Numbered from the stretch's first letter, positions 30,480 to 48,065 are shown. The stretch is DNA of 64,000 nucleotides from the human T2T-CHM13v2.0 reference genome, Homo sapiens (GCF_009914755.1 NC_060934.1), one strand, 5' to 3'. Notes: generated by a model not told the origin, from the letters alone. A program made the numbers and translations.

Positions 30480-32760
30480 ACGCTGGTTATCCGCAAGTCT
30501 GGCTTTGTGGGTCTGCGTGGCTGAATAAGTGACCAAGTGCCTTCGGCATTATATAAACGGATCGATGTGTGCGGGAGTCCCCAAAGCCGTCGAGCACGTG
30601 AAACGCGACTTTTTACTGCCCTCCAAGCGGCGACCAAGCCCCGCTCCACCCCACCCCGCCTCAAAATCCGTATATTACCTGCCCTGTTACAGTGACACAT
30701 GTTTATGTTTATAGTCCTGGTTTGTAGTAGTGTCAAGAACCGCAGCAAGAGGAAGGGGAGGAGAGAGGAGAGGGAGGAGTAAATTCAACCACCCCCACTT
30801 GTTGTTAAAGCAAATTTACTGCGTTATTGCAAGCTCAGGACGGGGGGCTGGGATGAGAGTTGAGAGGAAGGGTTGAGTTGGGAAGTGTGTTGGCGGTGGA
30901 AGGTGGGGGTGGGGTTAAGAGCTCCGCAATGGAGCTCCTCTCCCCAGCAGCCCAGGAAAAGCAGCTCGGTCAATAGGGGAGCATGCTGGCGCGGTCGAAA
31001 ACAAAAAGGTTCCTCCTGCTCGCTGCGTTCACGTGGGGGGCTCTGCACGCGGGGCTCCAGGGCCGTGACCCCTGACCCCGGCTCCTCTCCGCGCTCTCCG
31101 GTGCCGCGCGGCCACTTTTTACCCAGGATCCCTCGCGCGGGCCGCGCTCGTGCCGAGCTGGAGTCCTTCCTAATCCTCCATTCCCGGCTCTCGCTCCCCG
31201 CCCCCGCCGCCAGCCCCGGGGGAGGATTCTCCGGCGGGGAACCCCCGCCCCACCCCCACCCCGACTGCCCCGGCGGAGTCGGCCGCAGCGAGTCCGCGCG
31301 GGGCGGGGAGGGCCGGGCCGGGCCTCCCCTACCGCGCCGGGCCTGCGAGGGAGGGGAGGGACGGGGAGCCGAGGGGAGGGGGCGCCGGCCTCCCGGCTCA
31401 GCTGCCCCACTGAGGCCTGGACCTGTTGACTGCGATTGGCCCGCCTCATCCCGCGCCCTCTCTCTGCTCGCAGCGGCCCCAGCCCTTCCGCGGCGTCGCG
31501 GGGAGGAAATGGGGATGGCTGTCCTCCTCTCCGCCTCCTTCTAACTTTCCTTTTTTTATTTGGGTGTGTTGGGGGGGGTGCTGAGAAAGCCCAGGCAACT
31601 CCACCGCCGCCCCATCCTGCCTCCGAAAGTCTCGTCACGCCCGACCCGCCGCCGCCCTCCCAGCCCCCATGACTTAAAACCGCCTCCCCTCCTCGCAGCG
31701 GCGCCCCGGCCCGGAGCCCGAGAGCCCTCGACGCCCCCGCCGCGCCTCCCCCGCCTGGCCTGGCCCAGCGGCGTCCCCAGCGAATTGTGTCGCTTTTCTG
31801 CCCTGGAAGCTCCCTCGGCCACGTTCCACTTTTTTTCCCAGTCCCAGGAGGCGTAAGATAAAACCTCTGATTTGCTGCGTGCTGCCGGGCACATTCTCTG
31901 CCCTCTCGTCCGAAGGACGAGTTTAAAATGGAGAGTTTAAAATAATAGCATTTACAGGAGGAAATAAAGAGCGAGGAGATGGTTCTTTGGCCGGTTTTAA
32001 GACATACATGCTTTTTTTTTCTTTTAATACAAGATGTCTTAAGGGTTAAAAGCGTTCTAGGGTTTGCTGTATTTCCTTCTAGATTTGGGGTTTCCTGAGG
32101 AAATCTTTTCCGGAGGGAAATAGCAAATCAACATTAAGATGGAAGCGAGACTTCTCAGCCACTTTTGGAAATGAAGGGGGAAATTGTAAAAATACATTCA
32201 GAAAAGGGCGCGAAGGCGGCGGCTGAGGGGAAGAAGCTGGAGTCTTGGGAGGAAGCGCAGTGGGTTGGAATCGGGGGAAGGAGGGCCCGCTAGGTCCGGG
32301 CGGGGAAGAAGGCGTGCGGGCGGCGGGGCGTGCGCCGGGCCGGGCAGCTGGAGGAAGGCGCGGCGGGACTGGCGAGCGCGAAGAGGCAGGCGGGGAAGGC
32401 CTCGGGGGGCGGGGGCCGGGCGCGGGGCCGGCGCGCCGGAGGAAGCGGGACCTGGCTCCTCGCGCCCGCCGGGCCGCCCCCATTGTTCTGCCCTAGCACC
32501 GCTGTTAGCCGAGCACGTCCTGACCGAGGGAGGGGCCCCGCGGGCCAACCCGACCCCCGTCGGCGCCTCCCCGGGCTCCTGAGCTCCGGCCGGGTCGGGT
32601 CGGGCCGGCGCGGCAAGTTTTGATGGTCAGACTCAGCCAGCGAGGGGTTCCCAGCTGAAGACCTCGGAGGAAGGAGCCTTTACAGCGTGCTGCGAAATTG
32701 AAGGAAGCCGGGCGAGCCTGCAACGCACACGTTATGAGAAAAAGGGAAAGCAACATAGAT
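30480..32760. promoter_or_regulatory. SKIDA1 promoter CpG island
   Basis: Dense CpG, multiple GC boxes, CCAAT (gattgg ~31435). Confidence 0.85.
30679..30800 (-). other. SKIDA1: Predicted SKIDA1 exon 1 (TSS approximate)
   Basis: Donor CAG|GTAATA at 30678, at the edge of the promoter CpG island. Confidence 0.6.
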
Positions 32761-35484
32761 ATGTTTATAAAGTGATAAATAGATAAGAGACACCCGTGGG
32801 CAGTTATTATTCTGGATCCGGAAAGTTACAGTAGATTATATAATATTTGAAATATCTTGAAAAGTATGGATTCAAAAATCCATTTAAAAAAAGGTTCAAA
32901 GGAATTCGGAAAAGCACGTTTCGCTATCCTTATTACTGATTACTCAGCTCTTCTTTGTACACAGAAAGTCTAGTTTTAAAAGGAAAGGCTGAGCTAGCCC
33001 TTTCAAAAACGGGCTTCCTTTAACGTGAAGTGCGTTTTCAAAATAGGGAATTTCAAAAGGGAAAAACGTTTAATTTGCTTTTAAGCCACGTTTTGGAAAC
33101 AAATAATTGCAATCCACTTAATAAACTCTGTCTGTTTTCCTTTGTGAGGCATATGGAAGAAATATTTCTGGCCAACGTCACAGTTGTTTTTTTTTAAATG
33201 AAGATTTCCAACAAGTGCTTGCGAGTCTTGTCGACAAGACCAAAGTCATCGTGCGTGAAAGGCCAAGAAAAAATAATTTCAATCCTGTGGTCCAAACCTT
33301 ACTAGGGCAAGAGAGTAATTTCGACTTAGGTTTATGATAGACTTTGCGGAAATTCCTTCTAAAATACTCATTAGTAGTCTGTGTGTTATGAAGCACTGTT
33401 TCCCAAGGTAGATTTTAAAAAACCAATTAGAATTGATCTTTAATGGAATATTATATTTACACGTCATCATGAAAACATCATTTGACAGAGTTTTGAATTA
33501 CAAGAAAGGAGTTAACAGATGATGCTCATAAATAGCATCTGTTTGAAAAGACCCCTTAAGAGTCAGTTAAAGGTAGTGATTGTTGTATTTTTGCATTTGA
33601 AATGCTGTAGAAGTTGCTTGCATTTTAACACTTTCATTTTGCGGGTCTTCTTTCTAAACTTGCATTTCCTCATGGAAATCATTCAGTTATTTCGAGATAT
33701 AGGGAGAAATTCTTATGTAAGATATCATTTGAGGCGTAACTATGGAAAGGTTTGAACAGAAAAAAAAATCGCTGTTGAAAATCAAGTATTTTCAATCTAT
33801 TCATTCGTTCCACACTCATCCTCCCACAGTTCCCCCCATCAATTTACATTTTTTGTTTGTCTTTGAATATTTAGAATAGCTTTACATGATTATCTGTTAT
33901 GTAGTTGATAGTAGAAGGTGAATCGTTTTACATCATTCACTGTTTCAGATATTTTTTGTTTCATTTAAAGTAAAAAGATTCTTAGGAGTCATGTATTCTT
34001 GTGAGAAAAACAACAAATGGATGGAAAAAGGGCATGAATGGGGGTGGGGATGGAGAGGGACAAGTAGCATTCCTGGTCAGTCTTTGTGATACCTTTCTTT
34101 AATTTTATGTCATTATATTTTCCACTTCTGCTTGCACCAACGATCATTGCTTTTTTAATTGGGGTAAAGTGCCACCATATAAAATTTACCTACCTTCTGG
34201 CTCTCAAGCGCCGCAGTAAAATAAGGCTGACAAAAAGTGATCCGAGGCTTGTGTGTTTAATTCGCCAGGAATGTTAAGCTTCATAAGATTCACCCTATGG
34301 GGTCATGTTGGTCCTTGGCACTGTTACTATACAGTTTCAAGAGGTAAATATGCACATTATAGATTTTAAAAATCTAAGATGTACTAGACCAACAGTTTAT
34401 TAATCGAAGGAATAAAAAATGAATTTGTCAACCTCATTCTTTCTGGGACACAATGCACTTAATTAACATATTCTTGGGCTTGTTTCTGGATTTGGTAAGC
34501 AGTGGCCCCTTTTGGAGAGGAAAACATTTAAATCTTAAAAAGTGATCTTCTTTGGTCCAAATAGTATTTATAAATTCAGTTTAATTTCTTCTTTTTTTTC
34601 AGTCTAAGATATGTTGCATTTCTTTCAAGGTTCTCTTCCATTTCAAAAACTGATTTTCCTCTTTTCCACGTCCAGAATCTTTTCACTCAGATAATCTTAT
34701 GTGGCCTATAAACAGACACCTAAATATGTCACTTTAATCACACTTTAATTATAACAGAGATGCAGATCTTCAGTGTCAGTAAAAAATGAGAACATGGACC
34801 TTACAATACACACTATATTGATGATACTCTGAAAAGTCAAAATATAACACCTTTCAGTATTGCTGCATCATGGAAAAAAATAGTTCAACTCTGAATCGTT
34901 AACGAGGTTTAGGTAACACCTAGAATGCCTAAAGGCATCTTTTAGATAGCATTTTTATATTGATAATTGCATGCTGTTTTACTCAAAAAATGTAAATACA
35001 GCCATTTGATATCAATTTTATAGCAAAAGAAATAGCTCCGAGGCCAAACACGATTAACCAAACCAAACCTTTCAAATATTAGACCTCGATTCTTAAAAAG
35101 ATTTTTATTTAGATTACACAAAATTTAAATTTCAGAATTATCTACCAAACTTTCAGAAAATTAAAGTGTATCTAAAAACAATATTAATTATAATTGATTC
35201 TAAGTTGGAGATTGTTTTGTAATAAAATGATGACTGTTACATGAAAAGGTGGTAAACATTTGAGGGCTATTTAGAATAGTCAAGTCTAAACTACCTGGTA
35301 AATAAAAACTGATATTAATTTCAACTATTGAAAATCTTCAGATAAATCAATTCACCTGAAAATTTTTGTTAATCATTACTTACAAATATTAGTTCAATTG
35401 TACATACAAAATAAAATCTTGCTTTACTTTGAAGAATAAAGCTCAGAGTGTAATTAGCTTTTAAACACCAATTGAGGACATTAA

Positions 35485-35545
35485 ACAAACATTTACTCTA
35501 GACCTACTATGTGCAAGACACTTGCTAGGTGTGATGGTGAGTAAA
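35485..35545 (-). mobile_element. Short L2 3'-end fragment
   Basis: aaacatttact...cctactatgtgcaagacacttgctagg resembles the L2 tail consensus. Confidence 0.5.
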
Positions 35546-36869
35546 AAATAATCACCTAGTAAGATTAACAAGTTTCATTAAATAGATTTTTGAAAAAGCC
35601 ATTAACAGAATCTCAATTCAAAACATAATTGCAAAGAATATTTTTATATGAAATTTCGAATAGTACTCCATGATATAGGTGCCATGGTGGTTTTGTATCT
35701 ATAAAGACACGATACTCATTTATGGTGACATATTAATAACAAAGCTAGTTTCAGAAACACTTCAGTATTTTAATCATACTAGCATAAATATATGGCTCAT
35801 AATAAACTTTTAATGAAAAAGGTAAAAACTCTTGGGTACCAAATGAGCAAAACAAAAAACAGAGATTCCTCTATGTAAAAGAGGATATATCTGAAAGTCT
35901 GCACAGATCATAAGAGAGTGTCTTTTTGAGTTTTTCAACTAATTTATTTAGAAAGAAGTTGATAGACTCCAATGAGGTTTAGCAGATGCAGGAATTCTAA
36001 TTGCTTTTTGCTTAAAAAACTTAGTCAAAGAGCCAATATAGAATTTTACACACTATGGAAGTCAAGAATCTGAGTTCAGGAAAGTGTATCTAGTCTCAGC
36101 ATTATAGAAGTATACCTCACATGGATGTAGAAATAGACCTCAGTTTCTATACCCCATTGTAGAAATTTATATATACCTTGACAATGGGTACAATAGACTA
36201 AATATAATATGCGCAAACAGAAGGCAAATAAAACTTTAATTTACAAAGGAGATAAATATGAATAGTACTAACCTCTGAAATGAATATGGTTTTAAATATT
36301 TCTTTCATAATATCTACTTATGTAAATAATTATGGAAAAGCAAATACAGAAATTTGGTGCCTACCTTAAAGAATAAAGAAAATTATTGGAAGATATATTA
36401 CCCATAGAGCGAAAATACATCTTCCCATTATAGTAGGGTTAGAGGTTACATCATAAAATACTTTACTTGAGTTTTTTGTGGTTTGCCTCAGATGATTAGT
36501 TTGGAGAAACAGATGAGCTAGTACTGAGTTAGCTGCTGTTATGTGAAGCAATGTTTAGAGACAACAGGGTTTCATTTTATTCTAGAGGTACTACATACAC
36601 TTTTTTGAAGGATATTTTGAGAATATAAAATAAAAATTTAGGGTAACATTTTACAATTGAAATTGTTCTTTTTCACAAAGTTATTTTATAACTCCTATGG
36701 TAATTTATTTTTATATTGCTATGTATTTTAAAAAGCATACTTGAACTTTAACAATTCTGCCAATGTAATTACAAGTTTTATCCATTTTGAGGTAGGAAAA
36801 TTAGCATATTCAGCCAATTGTTACATATATGACTATATATATATATGTCTCACAAAGGACAAATACAAC

Positions 36870-36950
36870 TTTCTCACTGCTATATTCCCCATATCCAAAA
36901 CAGTCCCCAGTACACAGTAAATGTTGAATAAATATTTACTGAATGAATAA
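36870..36950 (+). mobile_element. L2 3'-end fragment
   Basis: ctcactgctatattcccc...cacagtaaatgttgaataaatatttactgaatgaataa is a typical L2 terminus. Confidence 0.6.
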
Positions 36951-38014
36951 TTAATTGTGTATTTGAACTGTTTTACTGTTTTATACTGTCTGCTTTTCTT
37001 CCTTTTCACTTAACATTTTATAGAAATATACAAAATATTATACTTCAGATATACAAGAAAAAGTTTGATATCTGGTACAAGTTAAAATGAAAATGAGTTA
37101 TTTACACTCATGTTTTTTCTTATAATTTTCATACTCAACATATGTTAAAATCAGTTTTAAATAATTTGAATTATATTTTGTGAACACTTATGTATACATC
37201 TTTAACAAAATTTGTTTCAGATACTATTGTTTATATACAGGCTGTTATGAAATAATACATTTTCCCTATTTTTAAAAATTTCTGAAACCTCTTACAAATG
37301 ATACATTTTTTTTGTTTTGTTTAGGAAATAGCAAGTGTTTACTTACATTTGTTTTAAGTGTTAAAGAATAGGGCAAGGTACCCATCCTTCTTTACATACA
37401 AATTAATTCCTTCACAAGAACTAAGCTCCAATGCATTAAAAATAAAACAAATGTATTTTTAAATAATTTAATGCATTAAGGCTTGGCTGCAGTGTTTGGG
37501 AGGGGAAGTTTCACACTGATTTTTAACTCAGAATTGCTCTATAGTAAGAGTCTGAACAGGACTTGGATATTGAGCTGGTATCCTTTGTATAAGGGTGAAG
37601 ATAAAATATATGGTTAAGATACACAAGACAGTATAGTTTTGTTTGAAGCCCGTTTTAGTTTCATAAATTTTTAAGGTAGTTAAAAAATATAATTATTATA
37701 TATCCAGAAATGTATTAATTGTTGTCACATCCCAAAAAAGAATTCATATTATGTAGTCTTGTAGTCACCTTTTCTAAATGCACTATGTGAATTCTCATTG
37801 TTTTAGTGTATATTTTAATTGCCATTACTTTGTATATCTCAGCTTTTAAAACATCTGAATTTGCTATATATGCTCTCATTGTGCTGTATACCTATTATCA
37901 CTCTTACACAGATTTCTAGCAATTAATTTGAAATAGAAAAACAGCCATGATACCTTTTCTAACCCCCCTTTATCAGAAGAACATTTAGAAGGCTTTTAAA
38001 GCCCAAACCATTAT

Positions 38015-38627
38015 ATTATCTTTTGGCGACCGACTAGGAGAACTTGGGTTCTCTATGCTTTAGCACTGTGAAAGTGCATCTTCCAGATCAGCACATTTTT
38101 AATGCGAATTGCTGATAAAGAACCATTTTGTACCTGCAAGGTATTAATCAAAAGTCATGAATTCGCCTTTTAACTGGGCTTGTCATTTAAACAATCTATG
38201 CATAATTCTGATTTCATGCGAAACTTTTCTAATTAGACATTTTTTGCTTAAACATCAATATTGGGCTTTACGGATGCATAAGGAATAGGCAGACAGTGGA
38301 AGATTTTAGTTTAAAAGTGCTCAGCATCCAGCTAATTAATCTATGCAGATAGGCCTAATCCATTTTCCATTTGTTTGTGAGGTGGGAGCTCTCATCTTTC
38401 TGCCACTTTTAAATGACCTCACATTTCCAAGTATAAATTTGGAGAAAAGACCCGGATCAGAGGAATCCTCCATCAAAACTGGACGCCACTGTCTGATGGC
38501 GTTAATTATGTTTTAGCGACTGACTAGGAGGGCTAGAGTTCCTTCTTCCTTTTGGTGTAATACAACTGCATTTTCCGGATCATCGTATTATATTGCTAAT
38601 TCCGGATAAACCACCATTTGTCCTGCA
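38015..38627. repeat. Diverged direct repeat, two ~124-bp copies (38015-38138 and 38505-38627)
   Basis: Collinear blocks: ttttggcgaccgactaggag/ttttagcgactgactaggag; tgcatcttccagatca/tgcattttccggatca; gataaagaaccattttgtacctgca/gataaaccaccatttgtcctgca. Confidence 0.75.
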
Positions 38628-39349
38628 CACCGAGCTGAGGGGCGCCTTGGCGTTCCCTCTCCGAGTGCAGCCCTAACACAGGCTTTTGACCTTCAGCCTG
38701 GAATACACTTTCGTTTGTCATTGGGGCCCACGTAGTGCGAAAATGGGCGGCAGATTTGGTAGGACTTCCAGCGGGTGAACTTTGGGAAGAGTCCAGGACG
38801 TGAATTTAATGGGTGGAGTGGCTGCGGCAGCACTGTGAAGTTAGCGCGGCCAACTGCAGGAAGCCATGCTTCATTACACCCTTCATGGAAGCTGGCACAC
38901 TCGCCCCACCCTCGTTTTCCACGGGCCAGTCTTGGAGGAAAAGGCCAGCAGGTAGGTTCCCAGGGCACGGAGATGATGCCCCCGGGGACTCCCCTCTGGC
39001 GATTCTGAGAAAACCCCTTCCCAGCCCTGGGCGTCCGCCTCCCCCGCCACCTCCCAGGCCTCTTCCCGACGCTCACACGCGGCCCGCGCCACCAGCGCTG
39101 CAGAGGGCGGCCCTAACGTCCCCGCCCCCGCGTGCGCGCCCCCGCGCCCGTTCATTCCGGCCTCCGCGCGCCGCCGGCTCCCCTCGCGCCCACCCCCAGC
39201 ACACCTCGGCGGCGGCGAGCGGCGCGGGGGAGGGGGACGGGGCCCCGGAGGTAGGCCGGGGGCAGCCAACAGGCCGCGGCAGCGCGCACGCAGGGCTAGC
39301 CTCGCCCAGGCCTCCTCCCTCACGCCGGCCGCAGGACGGGCGCGCACGC

Positions 39350-39606
39350 CAAGTGACGCTCCGAGGAGGAAGCGCAGCCCCCTTCCCCTCCCTCGCTGCC
39401 CCTGGCCCAGCGGGAGCCCCCCCCCCCCCCCCAGTGCGCCTGTGCGGAGGCCCTCTTGATTATGTGTGCCCTCTCCGGGCGCCCGCGTTAGCGGCCGGGT
39501 GGAGGTGGGGAGGGAAGACGCTGAGGAGGAGGAGGAGGCGGAGGAGGCGGTGGAGGGGAGGTGGGGGGAATCAGCAAGGACATGGCTCCTGACTCCTGTG
39601 CGGAAC
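39350..39606 (+). other. MLLT10: MLLT10 non-coding exon 1 (TSS approximate)
   Basis: Donor AAC|GTGAGT at 39607; 150-nt intron ending ccctcttAG directly before the ATG. Confidence 0.7.
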
Positions 39607-39756
39607 GTGAGTGACTGAGCGGCAAAGCCCGAGTGAGCGAGCGGTGGGCTGCCGGGCCGGGCGGGGGGCGCCGGGGCGGGCTCGGGGGGCTGTGTGGGGG
39701 GGAAGCACTAATCGGCTTGCATGTGTTTTTTAATGGTCCCCCCAACTCCCTCTTAG

Positions 39757-39916
39757 ATGGTCTCTAGCGACCGGCCCGTGTCACTGGAGGACGAGGTCTC
39801 CCATAGTATGAAGGAGATGATTGGAGGCTGTTGCGTTTGCTCAGACGAGAGAGGCTGGGCCGAGAACCCGCTGGTTTATTGCGACGGGCACGGCTGCAGC
39901 GTCGCGGTGCATCAAG
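39757..39916 (+). CDS. MLLT10: Protein AF-10 (DOT1L cofactor), first coding exon, N-terminal half of PHD finger 1
   Basis: MVSSDRPVSLEDEVSHSMKEMIGGCCVCSDERGWAENPLVYCDGHGCSVAVHQ; acceptor ttAG|ATG; donor AAG|GTAAAC at 39917 (160 nt). Confidence 0.96.
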
Positions 39917-41041
39917 GTAAACACCCAACCGCCCGCCGGGGCGCGCCGGCCTGCGCCCAACGGTCACCGCCGCCCCCACCTGGGCCGCAACCGCCGGCGC
40001 CCCCGCCCCGTGCCGCGGCCGCGGGAGGGACGCGGAGGGTCCGCGGCGGGGCGCGGGGGGTGTGGGCCGCGCATGTGGGAGAAAGTGCGTGTGGCCCGGA
40101 CTGTCATGTGATTCCGCTCTCACTCTCTCAAGTGTCATTCGGCCGCCGCCTGCGCCTGGGGCCGGGGTCTGCTGACTCGGCGGGGCGGGGCGGGGCAGGG
40201 CGGCGGCCGCGCCCTCGAGATCTGGGCCGGGGTGGGGGTGGGGGCGGGGGCGGGGGCGGTGCGCGCCCTTCCCGGGGTTCCCGGGGCCACGGGGGTGGGT
40301 TTGGGAGAGTGGAGCGCCCTCTTCTCCCCTGGCCTGCAGCCGCCTGTCTGCCGCAGTGTTTGGAGACTTCCTGTGGCGTGGAGACGGGCTCGGGAACGCG
40401 GCGCCAGTGTGGGGAGGCTGGGGGTCGCCTTGCCTCTTTAGATGGGGAGGGATGCGGGGCCCGTTGCACCCCGAGCCAGAAGGCTCGGGCCCTGCCGCCG
40501 CCGCCCGGTAGCTGTCTGCGGAGGAGATGGCGGAGTCCGTTGCTGACCATGCGGGAGTGGCGGGGCTGCTGCAGCGCCTGTGGGGTGGCCGCGGCAGGCC
40601 ACCACCAGCCTAGGTGGCTGAAGAGGTGGCGGTGCCAAGTCACTTTTGGGGAGCCTCTTAGTTTATTTCTGGTTGTTAACAATTGATGAGGTTTTTGGAT
40701 ATACAAGAAGGCCGAGGACACTAGTAAGATACTTTTCTGGCCTTTGAAGTGGCCGACTTTTCCCCATTTCACGTGGTAAGGAATCCAGGACAAAACAGTC
40801 TGTATTCTTTTTTGGTGGCTCCATGTCCCTTCGCATTTCTGAATCTGGCATTAAGCGATGCATATGTTTTTAGTAGTCTGTTGGAAAGGACTACCACCAA
40901 AAGGGAGACAAAAATTTGAACATCTGCTAAAGTGCATTTTGTAGAGAAACGAATGTCACACTTGGAAAGGGAGACTTTAGAAGCAGTGGTGATGATTCTG
41001 AGGTAGTGTACTTACTCTGAGAATGCTGTTTATTCCCAGAC

Positions 41042-41353
<312 letters not shown>

Positions 41354-41697
41354 TAGACTTTTAAAGAAGAGCCAAGTTGCATGTCTTGCTTTTTTAGGGA
41401 GTGAATACAATGCGTGTCAAACCAGATACTGATTTTAAGGTCATCCCATGTTCATTGGCATTTTGAAGGCCAATGAATTTCTTATGAATTGGAATTTCTT
41501 ATGAATTGGATGATAAACTATCAAAATTTGATAATTTCTATGTCCCAATATAGAAAATTTTTATTCAAATCTTAAATTTTCCTTCCTAGAAGTACACCTG
41601 AATAAAGTTTTTGGGCAATGATGCTGTGTTTTGGACACCTATGCTGTGTTTTTTGACGGATAGAGCATTTATAGTGAGACACATTTTACAAATTCTG

Positions 41698-42880
<1,183 letters not shown>

Positions 42881-43119
42881 TGAATTTATATTCTTTAAAT
42901 GCTTTCCAATATTTAAGATATTTTCATATTTCTGCCTAGCAAGCTCATGCAGAAGTCTACTTGGTTATTAGTGTTTTTAGAGTTTTAGAAAATTTTCAGT
43001 TTTGAGCTAATTATTAACTTTAAAAACCAATTTTAAAACAAGACTGTGATTAGATATGTGATGTATAATTAAATCATTTGGAGCATTCACATCATTATGT
43101 ATTTAGAAATAAACATACC

Positions 43120-43718
<599 letters not shown>

Positions 43719-43944
43719 TTGATTTATTTAGATGAGGTAACACAAAAGAGTTGCATTTAAAATTTTTACTTGTTAATTAAGTAAGCTGTATATGTGATAA
43801 ATAGGATGTGAACTGTTTTACTTCTCTGTAAAGAGGTAGTTTACTTGAATAGTGACAGGTGGATTAATAGGGCTTTGAAAGGGTATTTGATTTTTCCATA
43901 GTTCTTCGAATCTTAACATTTTAACACATTTCATTTTTCAACAG

Positions 43945-44024
43945 CTTGCTATGGCATTGTTCAAGTACCCACTGGACCATGGTTTTGCAGGAAATGTGAA
44001 TCTCAGGAGAGAGCAGCCAGAGTG
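43945..44024 (+). CDS. MLLT10: Protein AF-10, second coding exon, C-terminal half of PHD finger 1
   Basis: Acceptor tttttcaacAG|; (A)CYGIVQVPTGPWFCRKCESQERAARV completes the C4HC3 finger; donor GTG|GTAAGG at 44025 (80 nt). Confidence 0.96.
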
Positions 44025-44604
44025 GTAAGGACTATTTATCAAAAACATTAAACTTTAGTGAGTAGGTTAGGAAATTAGGAACTGCACTCCTGTTGTGGTT
44101 TGTGGGGTTGTCAGTCATTTCTTCAAATATCATAATGTAAGAGATAATTTAGGCCAAATATTGACTTGGAGTATTAAACAGATTTTGTAAAACTGAAAAA
44201 CAAATGGAATCAAGTGAGTATATTTTGGATACTTTGAAAACAAAAATACATAGTCATATTTGGGCTTTGTTAACTAGTTACAGAATCAAGAAAGCTTGAA
44301 GAAGTTTGAAGGTTACACTGGCTAATCATAGTTAAAATATAATGGAAATAGAAACATAAGGAAGTTACATTGATAATTCTCTTAGGTTTTGTGTAATGGG
44401 AAAAAAACCCAATAATTTTAGTGACTATCATATTCCTTTTACTACATCTTTGGGTGTATAGTTTAACTTCGAACACTCACTGATTTCAGGCATTCAGTCC
44501 CTTTGGCAAACCAACATAAAAATCTTTTTTTTTTTTTTTTTTTTAACTTGGGTGGTTACCTTATTTCAGAACTTTTCTAAACCTCTTATAAGAATGAAGG
44601 AGGT

Positions 44605-45663
<1,059 letters not shown>

Positions 45664-45797
45664 ACAGTGAGGGAGGTATGTTTATCCTTTGTATCCACAA
45701 GCATTTTTCCCATTTGGATTTCTGAAAATATCAGAAATAGATTTTATTTTCATTAGTTATGCAAACCTACCATTTAAAATATGATAGTTCCTTTTTA

Positions 45798-46925
<1,128 letters not shown>

Positions 46926-47398
46926 AGAGCAATTTTTTTATAGTTCCGATGATATGTTTTGGTTGTGTGTGAGAATGCACTTTAATAGAATTACAGCTGT
47001 TATTCTAGTGTGATTTAGCAAATGGAGGATAAAATCAATCATAGAAAGTTTGGGACTTGGTGAAATCTTTATAGCGTTACTCTTTGACTTTTTTTTCTTT
47101 GTATCATGTTACGGTTTGTGGTGAATAGGTCACTACGCAGTGGAACGTATGGTTTATTAGTAAACACTGACAATGAGATGAGGCTGTTCCTGGGGGTGTC
47201 ACAGTAGATTGAAGGCTGGAAAAGATAGGAAAATAAGGTGGGTATTCAGAGAGAGAAGATAATGAATAGGGAGTGTCAGAATGCCAGCATCATTTGCCTC
47301 AAATGCCACTTGTTACGTGCTTCCACTCTTTTATTCTCTCTGAGGACATGGTCAAAGTGTCAGTGTGAATAAGGTAGTTAACTTAAAAGGTGTATTAG

Positions 47399-48005
<607 letters not shown>

Positions 48006-48065
48006 AAGTTTTTGCAGGGGGGCATTTTATTTTAACATCATTTGGTGGGATGTGGGTGACATTAA

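Larger units (their letters stand above)
38630..40650. promoter_or_regulatory. MLLT10 promoter CpG island
   Basis: Dense CpG, NRF1-like GCGCGCACGC (~39282, ~39340), C16 tract 39417-39432, GGA repeats, G4-type run 40229-40256. Confidence 0.88.

Noticed and set aside
30873-32756. ORFs in the SKIDA1 promoter island
   Set aside because: CpG-island artefacts
38505-38630. H/ACA snoRNA interpretation of repeat copy 2 (ATACAA H-box-like, terminal ACA)
   Set aside because: Boxes are not preserved in copy 1, the first hairpin is unconvincing and the location is not a typical host intron; needs an Rfam/snoReport search
39917-40686. Continuation of the 309-aa ORF after VAVHQ
   Set aside because: Reads through the donor at 39917 into GC-rich intron; the PHD finger is completed by the exon at 43945
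41475-41655. Short tandem duplications (gaatttcttatgaattg x2; atgctgtgtttt x2); similar ones at ~8398 and ~10263
   Set aside because: Ordinary slippage micro-duplications with only two units; not CRISPR-like or array-like
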